From NCBI GenBank assembly GCA_958295885.1, contig OY282380.1:3711070-3775069 (forward strand): DNA of 64,000 bases. Reading direction: 5' to 3'. This DNA is from Arenicellales bacterium (GTDB taxonomy: Bacteria; Pseudomonadota; Gammaproteobacteria; Arenicellales; JAJDZL01). This document shows, piece by piece, positions 30,087-38,142 of the stretch (its first letter is position 1; each line of letters starts with the position of its first letter). The position numbers were made by a program, and so were the translations under genes. Under the pieces are notes generated by a model. That model worked only from the letters and a program-made list of their open reading frames with translations. It did not search any database and was not told where the DNA came from.

Positions 30087-30937
30087 AGGTTCAACCTTAT
30101 TTTTGACAAAAGTTGTGAAATTATACAGTTTGAAGTCCCTGCCCTTCTTTGTTCATGCACTCGTCGTCAGGACTGTTCGTTCGACCGGTTTCAGTGCAGG
30201 ACAGCACCCGATGTTCGTTCCAGTGACTGAAATTCAAGCCAATGCGAACAGTGGCCGCAAGGATTTCGCTGCAGACTGCAGAGAGCAGCACCGCATGAGA
30301 GGCCTGTTGAAGGTCTGTTTTCGGCATTTTGGCGCGAACGATTGGCCGCCCTCTCCGACCCGATCGAAGCAGACATCCTGCGGCGAGACCCCAAGTGCGG
30401 CAACAATTAGTCGGGGGTCGGTTTGAGAATCAGTTCCAAAGCTTACTAGATGCGGTCGAAAAAGCAGCGGTAGGACTGTGGAATATGATCAGATTGTCCG
30501 TGGCAGCGGAGGATCGAGATGGTCATATTCTGTGGCAATTTACTGATCTGTGCCCGTAGCAGACTTCATCGCAGGTGAAGTCTCAAACCAAATTACGTCT
30601 GTTGTCGATGTGCCAATTTCCAATGTTGGATCGTCAAACTGTGAACAGCGGCAGTTTCCAATCCAGTCGCTTTGCCTTCCGGCAACGGCCTGCCGCGAAA
30701 AAAGTGAAGATAGTGCTGAAAAATGATTTGATGAACCTATCTGCCAAGTTGAGTCTTCAATTGTGAAATGCTTGCAGCTGTGCAGCCACGGCCGACTATC
30801 GATGTCAGGCCCATTCGAAAATCATGCACGGAATGCGGATGTCATCGAGTTTGCCTGTCCAGAGCACCGCTGTCCATCTTCACGAAACGATGTTGATTGG
30901 ACCGAGTGCGCCAAGTTCATCACAAACAGCAAAGGAG

Positions 30938-31995
30938 GATGATTTAAGACTGTGAATTCATCCGCTGCACCAGGGAAGGATCAATTTCCAAGTATTCCAA
31001 TGATGCTTTTTTTGGGGCTGTCTTCAAGGATGAGAAATACTGTATTGATCTGTTTAGACAGGCCCTGAGAGAAGAGGAATTCGACGCCTTCGACTGGATA
31101 ACCTTATAGAATGAAACTGACAGTCTTTTCACCTTGGACTGGAATGAGTGCCGACCTGACTTGGTGCTGTCGGTGAATTGGCAACGCTCCAGCAGAAGGC
31201 TGCAGCTGATCAGCGTCATCGAGCACAAGAGCCAAAAGGATTCCAATGTGCAGCTGAGGCTGTGAAAGCATTCTCATTTTCGTAGATTTCTGAATCAGAA
31301 CAAATATTTATATCATTTAAATTAATGAGATAGATATTCATAATCCACTAATTTAAACTAATTTGGCAATACTTTCACAGCCTCAGCTGCACGAATACAG
31401 TGACATAGTCATGCGCACTCAGCACCTGCCGGTCCTGCCGATATAGTCTATAGCGGGTTTCGACGCAAACGGCAGAAACCATTGCGACTGCACGACTCGC
31501 TGGTCAGGATGCTGCCAGAGCTGAAACAGATGTTTGGATCTAGCATCCCAGATTTCGAGCCTCGGATTGTGAATCCGCGGGATCTTTCGATGGGCGCGCA
31601 GATCCGGGGTTTTTGCGAGCGAAGCGGCGCTCTACATGCTTGATGCGTTCTGGAGCTCTTCCAGAAGAATGCTGCTGCGGCTGTTTCGGATCAGCGAGTC
31701 GATGTCGCAGACCGAACGCAGTGAGCTGATCCCGCGCACGATCGATTACTATCCCGATCATCATTCCAAGTAAACTGTTGAAGACGTTGTGAGAATTGCA
31801 CAGGCCGTGATCAAAGACGAAAGTAAGAGAATCATGCAAGAGACGATATTCAGTTGGGAACGAAGAGAAGAGCGAGGTCGTCGAGAAGGAATTCAGCAGA
31901 TTGCCAAGAAAATGCTGGCCAAAGGAATGGAAATCGGCACGAATTGCGATTTGAATGGTTTGTCTTTCGAGCAGCTGCGAAACGGAATGGATTGA
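30938..31995 (+). pseudogene. Rpn/YhgA-like (PD-(D/E)XK, transposase_31-type) recombination-promoting nuclease pseudogene, interrupted by a MITE-like element
   Basis: AAGGAGG followed by ATG lies at 30938, but codon 3 is TAA. The frame reads ...SNDAFFGAVFKDEKYCIDLFRQALREEEFDAFDWITL(TAG)NETDSLFTLDWNECRPDLVLSVNWQRSSRRLQLISVIEHKSQKDSNVQL, then the insertion, then HEYSDIVMRTQHLPVLPI(TAG). Later frameshifts follow. The C-terminus (track ORF 31789-31995) has the family-typical ...ERREERGRREGIQQIAKKMLAKGMEIG...GLSFEQL helix repeats. Confidence 0.75.
31248..31392. mobile_element. MITE-like element, ~133-145 bp, perfect 21-nt terminal inverted repeat, AT-rich non-coding core
   Basis: The left end gtgcagctgaggctgtgaaag (31248-31268) is the exact reverse complement of the right end ctttcacagcctcagctgcac (31372-31392). 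Removing 31257-31391 (the element plus one CAGCTG copy) restores the reading frame ...SNVQLHEYSD... of the Rpn-like gene. The true structure is therefore probably a 12-nt TIR (AGGCTGTGAAAG) plus a 6-bp palindromic target duplication (CAGCTG). Confidence 0.8.
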
Positions 31996-32004
31996 AATTA
32001 CAGA

Positions 32005-32114
32005 ATTTCACAGGACTCTAAATCAGAACTCATCATTTACATCCATTAAATGAACGATTTGTAGGTTCAATATTCACTCTAATTGAACAAATAAAGCGAT
32101 TCTTTCACAGTCTC
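32005..32114. mobile_element. second, diverged or partial copy of the MITE-like element
   Basis: It ends in ctttcacagtctc (32102-32114; 12/13 to the TIR of copy 1). Its interior aligns by eye with copy 1 (ct[a/g]aatcagaac..atttaCatcCAttaaat..). The left end carries a TIR-like atttcacaggactc in direct rather than inverted orientation. It starts 10 nt after the Rpn-like stop. Confidence 0.55.
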
Positions 32115-32239
32115 TACGGTGCAGCGTGAATCAATTCCAAAGAATTGACGAGCACATCCGACCTAAAAGCCAAATCTGTAGAGTTTTCATCTGGTTTTGG
32201 AGTCGATGACTGAATAAGGCGCGTCGAATTAAGCTCGAT

Positions 32240-32674
32240 TCAAGGAAAAATTAAGGTTGTGTTGCCGGGTTTCAGTCCGTTCTTTTCAAAAAAGCCAGCT
32301 CTTGTTTCGAGTGCGTATTTAAACTCCTTTTCTACTCCGTACGTAACCGAATTGGGGTCGGAATACTTTTGCGGTGTCATGCGAATCAATGCGTCAAGTT
32401 CTCCATCTCCGTTGAAAAAACCGATATCAAGAGCAGCGTGAACATTGAACATGTGAAACCTAGTCAGAAGTGGCTCTTCATAAACGAACAAAATCGAACT
32501 TGTATCGATGATTTCAGGACAAATATGCTGAAATCCAGCACTGCGCTCAGAAGAGTCATCCGCAATTTTAGGCTGACTGCGAATCATATGGCCGTCCGAA
32601 CGTACCAACTCTATGATTCGAAAATTCATGTTTTGAAACTGAGGCGTGAAGAATTGACAGGTCTGATCCTCCAC
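32240..32674 (-). CDS. DUF192 (COG1430)-like protein
   Basis: The C-terminal 130 aa resemble DUF192 proteins (ADDSSERSAGFQH...MFNVHAALDIGFFNGDGELDALIRM...YALETRAGFFEKNGLKPG). The start is uncertain. GTG 32674 and ATG 32629 are the in-frame canonical starts after the degT-like stop. The hydrophobic signal-like segment (SFAVVAILLSTGE...) lies upstream of both and has no canonical start codon. Confidence 0.6.
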   Translation of the reverse strand: MEDQTCQFFTPQFQNMNFRIIELVRSDGHMIRSQPKIADDSSERSAGFQHICPEIIDTSSILFVYEEPLLTRFHMFNVHAALDIGFFNGDGELDALIRMTPQKYSDPNSVTYGVEKEFKYALETRAGFFEKNGLKPGNTTLIFP

Positions 32675-32686
32675 ATTTTGCTGTGT

Positions 32687-32722
32687 CTCGCCCGTCGAGA
32701 GCAGTTCGCCCGTCGAGAGCAG
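32687..32722. repeat. 18-bp tandem duplication (17/18 identical), in frame (LLSTGE LLSTGE on the minus strand)
   Basis: Read directly: ctcgcccgtcgagagcag / ttcgcccgtcgagagcag. Confidence 0.9.
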
Positions 32723-32741
32723 AATTGCTACAACTGCAAAA

Positions 32742-33854
32742 CTAGCCCAGCACTTGTTGAATAACGTCGCAGATCTGATCAATTTGTTCAAACGGCAATT
32801 CTGGGTACAGAGGCAGAGACAAAACCTCTGATGCCGCGCGCATAGACTCCGGAAAATCCTCATCTCGACAGTGCATCGCCTGATAAGGCAGCTGCTTGTG
32901 CAGAGGTTTCGGATAGTAAATCTGATACCCGATCCGTTGCTTTTGAAACGCACGAGTGATTTCATCTCGAGCAGAAGTTCTTATCGTAAAAATGTTAAAG
33001 ACGTGGCCGGCTCTGTCTCGATGATTCGGAAGCATTAGGTCAAGTCCCTGCAATCTCTCCATGTAACGGTTCGCGCATTCGCGGCGACGGCGGACTACAT
33101 CTTTCACCCGGGGCAGTTTAATTTTCAAAAGTGCTGCTTGCACTGGATTCAGCCGACTGCAGAATCCGATCAGCTGATGCTCGTTGGCGCCTGTGATTCC
33201 ATGATTGCGCAACAATTTCAACTGATTGGCCAACGCGTCGTCATTGGTCGTAATCAGGCCGCCATCTCCGTAAGTGCCCAAAATTTTAGTCGGATAGAAG
33301 CTGAAGCAGCCCAAGTCGCCGAAATTTCCAGCGTATGTTCCGTCAATGGTTGAACCGAAGGCCTGTGCCGCGTCTTCTATGACCGCCAAACCGCTGTGAT
33401 TTGCAACTTCACAAATTCTTTCCATTTTAGCGGGCGCGCCGAACAGATGAACGGGTATCACTGCTCGACAGGTGTCATCAACTGCCTGTTCCAGCTGATT
33501 CGGGCAGAGATTGAATTCATACGGTTCAATGTCTACGAACTTAGGGGTTGCTCCAACCAGAGACACCGCTTCTGCGGTAGCGAAAAAAGTGAAATTTGGG
33601 ACCAATACGGAATCACCAGGCTGAATGCCCGCCGCTTTGAGCGACAGCACTAAAGCATCGGTGCCGCTGGATACTGAAACTGCGTGCTTGACGTCCAAAA
33701 ACTCAGCGAGTTCGAGCTCAAGTTCGGAAACCGCTTCGCCAAGAATAAAATTGCCTTTTGCACCAAGTTTTTCGATCTCTGCAAACCATTGCGGCTTCAA
33801 GCTCGAAAACTGTTCGGTCAGATCAAAATAGTTGATGTTCTTTCGCATTTTCAA
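32742..33854 (-). CDS. DegT/DnrJ/EryC1/StrS-family PLP-dependent sugar aminotransferase
   Basis: 370 aa with ...FILGEAVSELELELAEFLDVKHAVSVSSGTDAL...DAAQAFGS...CFSFYPTKILGTYGDGG (the PLP-lysine region). Confidence 0.9.
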   Translation of the reverse strand: MKMRKNINYFDLTEQFSSLKPQWFAEIEKLGAKGNFILGEAVSELELELAEFLDVKHAVSVSSGTDALVLSLKAAGIQPGDSVLVPNFTFFATAEAVSLVGATPKFVDIEPYEFNLCPNQLEQAVDDTCRAVIPVHLFGAPAKMERICEVANHSGLAVIEDAAQAFGSTIDGTYAGNFGDLGCFSFYPTKILGTYGDGGLITTNDDALANQLKLLRNHGITGANEHQLIGFCSRLNPVQAALLKIKLPRVKDVVRRRRECANRYMERLQGLDLMLPNHRDRAGHVFNIFTIRTSARDEITRAFQKQRIGYQIYYPKPLHKQLPYQAMHCRDEDFPESMRAASEVLSLPLYPELPFEQIDQICDVIQQVLG

Positions 33855-34795
33855 TGACCGTAGCCGACAGTTTCACGGACAATTTGAGCCACTTGAAGCG
33901 CCATCAGTCCATCTTCACCCGTGACAAACGGTTTTGTTCCAACTTCCAGTATTTCCACAAAGTGGTCGATTTCTGCCTTTAACGTCAGGTTGGGAGTGAT
34001 TTCAATCGGTTCTTTGACCAAAATTATGGATCCATCGTTTCGTGCACTGCTGTTTTTAGTCGTTTTCGTAATGGTCTGCTCGAGCAGGTCTAAATTGAGA
34101 TATTCGTTTTGCGTATAGACCTGAAAATTTCTTACTTTTTCCTGCGCCACTCTAGATGCCGTTACGTTGGCTACCGCACCATTCGCAAATTCAATCCGCG
34201 CATTGGCGATGTCCAGATACGATGTTACTACCGACGACCCAAGAGCAGAAACGGATTTTACCGGTGACTTTATGAAGGCAAGCAGCAGATCAATATCGTG
34301 AATCATCAGATCAGTGATCACGTCTACATCCCCGCCTCTTCCGGAGAACAGACCCAATCGATGTGCTTCGATATATTGCGGTTCATCAATTTGCTGAGTC
34401 AGTGCAATGATGGCCGGATTAAATCGTTCCTGATGCCCCACCATAAGCTGAACGTTATGTCGATTGGCCTGATTTACGATGTGTTCAGCGTCATCAACGG
34501 TCGAAGCCAGAGGTTTTTCCATCAAAACATGCACTCCCTCGCTTATGAACAAATCGGCTACGTTGCGATGCTCGATAGATGGCACCGCAATGCTGACCGC
34601 TTCAACTTTGTCGACCAGGTCAGCTGGGTCCGCATACCAATCGCAGTGATAGGTCTGTGAAATCCTTTTCGCTCTAGACTCATCGATGTCGGCAACGCCA
34701 ACGAGTTCAACATTTGCATTTGCCGCATAGTGCCTGACATGGAATTCTCCCATGTATCCGACACCGGCAACGCCAACTTTTATTCTATTTTTCAT
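33851..34795 (-). CDS. Gfo/Idh/MocA-family NAD-dependent sugar oxidoreductase
   Basis: 314 aa with the Rossmann motif IKVGVAGVGYMGEFH and the EKPLA motif. It overlaps the aminotransferase start by 4 nt, so the two are translationally coupled. Confidence 0.88.
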   Translation of the reverse strand: MKNRIKVGVAGVGYMGEFHVRHYAANANVELVGVADIDESRAKRISQTYHCDWYADPADLVDKVEAVSIAVPSIEHRNVADLFISEGVHVLMEKPLASTVDDAEHIVNQANRHNVQLMVGHQERFNPAIIALTQQIDEPQYIEAHRLGLFSGRGGDVDVITDLMIHDIDLLLAFIKSPVKSVSALGSSVVTSYLDIANARIEFANGAVANVTASRVAQEKVRNFQVYTQNEYLNLDLLEQTITKTTKNSSARNDGSIILVKEPIEITPNLTLKAEIDHFVEILEVGTKPFVTGEDGLMALQVAQIVRETVGYGH

Positions 34796-35173
34796 TTTCA
34801 GTCAGCCAGCTGTCAACGTTCAAATATGGCAGCAGTTCGACTATGGCAAGTTTGGTCAAAAATGTTTCTTGGTTGATCGGTCACTGACTGACGCATGCCG
34901 AGTATGTCCAATTCATCTGACTTAAAGGTCTCCATGCTCATTCGTTCCACCTGCCAACCGACGGTAAATCCGCCTCTGTGTTTCATTAATTTTGCCAGTT
35001 AAAATTCATGCACAATTTAATCTTCGGCAAATTCAATGCCGAATTGGAAAAAGAGTAAATAACTCAATTCCGGCAGCCTTTGCCGCACGGCAATGCCACA
35101 TTCTGTCAAGTCATGAATTATATTGAATACCAATAATTGCGTTGAATGAGTCAATTTCAATTCAAGCAATATA

Positions 35174-35674
35174 ATGTCCGAATTTTATGGTTGCTGTATG
35201 CCTGAACCCGTTCTGATGCTGAATAAATTCAGAAATCGACTCGAAAATCTACTTGCCCCAGATGACACTGCTGATAGTGCCGAACAATCAACAGCTGCGA
35301 CATTTGCTGCCACCGCACTGCTGATTGAAGCGGCGCAGGCCGATTCAGAGCTGTCAGACGACGAGCTGACACAAATCAAAAACTCACTTGCCAACCAATT
35401 TGGCATTCGCGTCAATGAAGTGGAACAGACTCTGCTGGGTGCGCATGAAACGCTCGATGCTGCAACATGTCTGTATGAAATCACAAACATCGTCAATCGA
35501 GACTGGAGTCTGAATCAGAAAATTCATCTCATTGAAGCGATGTGGAAAGTTGTATTGAGCGACAACTATCTTGATCCGAATGAAAACCATTTAATGAGGA
35601 AAATCAAAGGATTATTGTATATTCCTCAAGCAGAGTACATTAACGCGAAAATTCGTGCGCAGAGCGGTCTTTAA
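35174..35674 (+). CDS. TerB-family (tellurite-resistance-like, COG4103) protein
   Basis: 166-aa ORF with a TerB-like pattern (AATALLIEAAQADSELSDDELTQIKNSL...IHLIEAMWKVVLSDNYLDPNENHLMRKI). ATG 35216 (MLNKFRN...) is an alternative start. Confidence 0.7.
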   Translation: MSEFYGCCMPEPVLMLNKFRNRLENLLAPDDTADSAEQSTAATFAATALLIEAAQADSELSDDELTQIKNSLANQFGIRVNEVEQTLLGAHETLDAATCLYEITNIVNRDWSLNQKIHLIEAMWKVVLSDNYLDPNENHLMRKIKGLLYIPQAEYINAKIRAQSGL

Positions 35675-35788
35675 GACCGATGGCCTTAAGAAAAATTCGT
35701 CTGAATGAATTTAAAAAGACTTCAGGGAAATCGTATGAACTTTCGCTGGCTCAACCTCTGTGAGATTCCGCTATGGAAGCGAAGCAGG

Positions 35789-36277
35789 CTACCAAGGAAT
35801 ATCATCGATTGGGTCGTCGGCGAACTGATCTGCAGGAGCCGAGCTTCCTTTCGGTTGGTCCACTCGAGCGCTTGCCTCCGATGGACCTGGCCTGGTTCGC
35901 GAATACGAGGCGGCGCCCTGCCCTTCATTCATCGGTCTTCGATCCAGAAAAATCAATTCTCTGCCGACAATTTCGGTTGTATATCGGTCAATTCCCGTAC
36001 GGGCATCCTGCCATTTTCTAGTTTGCAATTTGCCCTCAACGTAAACCTTGCTTCCCTTATGCAAATATTCAGCGGCTGTTTCTGCCTGCCTCCCGAACAT
36101 TACTACCCGATGCCATTCAGTTCGTTCATTTAGCTGCTGAGATTCTGCATCTCTCCAGGCTTCAGTCGTTGCTACGCTCAAAGTAACAACTAGAGCTCCA
36201 GCTTGAGTGCGTCTCTGTTCTGGCTCATTTCCTAAATTTCCTATGATTTGGACTTTGTTTAAACCACGACCTGCCAT
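35789..36277 (-). CDS. ssb: single-stranded DNA-binding protein
   Basis: 162 aa with an OB fold ([17 protein letters not shown]...[14 protein letters not shown]...[12 protein letters not shown]), a Gly/Pro/Ser-rich linker and an acidic tip ending DDPIDDIPW. Confidence 0.95.
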   Translation of the reverse strand: MAGRGLNKVQIIGNLGNEPEQRRTQAGALVVTLSVATTEAWRDAESQQLNERTEWHRVVMFGRQAETAAEYLHKGSKVYVEGKLQTRKWQDARTGIDRYTTEIVGRELIFLDRRPMNEGQGAASYSRTRPGPSEASARVDQPKGSSAPADQFADDPIDDIPW

Positions 36278-37479
36278 ATTTTCTCCTGCTCGTAAAGAGT
36301 GCCTTTAGTCTGTATTGATCAGCTGTTCCTGAACGTGAAAAGTGTTGCCGTCAGCATGGCAATTCATATCAGTATATCAATTCAATAAAGCTGTAAACTC
36401 ACTGTCAATTCACGAATGACTGCGAACGGATTCACCGAAAATCTCCAATGTCGTTACGCGCTGAACGCATTGGCGTTCAAGCCACTCTGATCGCGAGCGT
36501 TGATCTTGCGAACGATCAGCCGCCTGATTTCGAAACGATGAACAGTGAAATCGATCTGCAGTCAAAGATTCCGCCATTGTGCCAAAATTGAAACATAACG
36601 AATTAGAATTGATATTTTCGCCTTGGCATCGTCTCTGCCAAAGAAAACTAATTTTCCATGCCATTGATGATCTAACTGAGCCGCTGTTTTGAGCACTATT
36701 TGAAACTCCACGAATTCAAGCGTTTCACCGCGTGAGTCGTAAATGCACCAAAACAATAGGGAATCAGACCGTAGTCTCGGAATTTTCTTTAGAAGTTAGC
36801 GAACGAATGATGTCCTGATTTTCGAACTCTGCCTGCTGGTCTGTCAGCAACAGCTGTTCCTGCCAATAGTACGTCAATTCGCGCCACATTACAAGGATTT
36901 CAGGCAAATCCAAAAATTGGTCCCTGAAAACACTGTCTCGGACTGTGAGAGTGAAAGGGTACAAACTCCAATGTGGCTTTCATCCGCTGGCACTGAAATG
37001 ACTGCTGCTTCATGGTGGTCAGTTTTGTTGACGGTGTTCCTTCGATTGACCCTGTGACATTCAACGGTTCCGAATGGTGGATTTATTACTTTGGATGCGA
37101 AATAATCATCGGTGTCGATGACGATAACGAATGGACAGCTGAAATGGTCAAAATTCAAAAATTCCTATTCTGGGCTTTTAGACGATTCAGGCATTCCTGA
37201 CTGGGCTGGAAGTTATGGAAACTTCATTGAAGCGTCTCAGCTGTTAGAAGTCGTTCGACAGCATCCCCAAATTTTGGATCATTTTCAAAAGCCCTTAAGT
37301 CGTTTGTCGAATCGTCATCCTGAAGGCCATGACAACGGACCATAAGCGGTCGAACTGCGTACATAGCGCAACCTCAGGTCGCGGTATGTATTCAGAGACC
37401 CATCATTTATTGACAGATCCAAGTAAATGGATTGCAAGAGATGAACCGTCTACATGCCAAAAAAACTCACTAATTTCGC

Positions 37480-37915
37480 CGATGGATGCACCGCGTATTC
37501 AACCTAGCATGCTTGCTTGGAAGGACTCAAAAATAATCGTTAGCCGAAGAACCGCTTGGTCGCGCCCCTTTGCGGAAGGCGACCAAGTTCACATTTCATC
37601 TCGTCAGATTTTGCCTCAAAACGTCGTGCGCCACCATCACGCGCCGATCACCGCACGTGCGTTCTCTGACAAACGAAACCGCCCCTACCCAAATGGATTA
37701 CGGTCATCTGACCGTGACGAGTTTGCAAAAAGTTTCATTTCGTCGAGTTGACCGGCGCACATGATGTGCGTCACTTCGCCGGGGACAAAGTGAATACTGC
37801 GCAAATTGCCAATTGCCATGAGCGATCAGGATGAACGGTTTCAGGCGCGCGGCTTTCTCGAAATTGACGATGCTTTCATCGGCGCCAAGCGCGCGATGAA
37901 CAGATAAAGTGCAGA
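37480..37915 (+). pseudogene. IS1595-family (ISXO2-like) transposase remnant, heavily frameshifted and truncated
   Basis: Pieces in different plus-strand frames match the family's N-terminal half. They read ...QTKPPLPKWITVI.. (compare TKLPLxKWFxAIYL), ..KKFHFVELTGAHDV.. and ..ILRKLPIAMSDQDERFQARGFLEIDDAFIGAKRA.. (compare LxGxVEIDExYxGGKR). Stops interrupt every frame. Confidence 0.5.
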
Positions 37916-38142
37916 CGTCGCCATTACAAATGCAATTTTTTCTAGTACTCCGCAAGCCAACTGAACGAGGCTGATCCCGTACTACAAGAACGCGCTTGTC
38001 AGTGACCAGTGTGAGAGGCCAGGTAGCACATGCGACTCAGTGGTGAAAGCTAATTTGAAGTTGAAACCTACATTTAGGCGGAATATTGGTCAGACACCGA
38101 ACAACATCACAGAAAGATGTTCGAGTTAGAAATGATCGAAAT

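Noticed and set aside
32240-32965. The 241-aa version of the DUF192-like ORF
   Set aside because: Its 5' third lies inside the aminotransferase gene in another frame and translates to Cys/Arg-rich nonsense. It is kept only as a formal possibility in the finding on the missing start codon.
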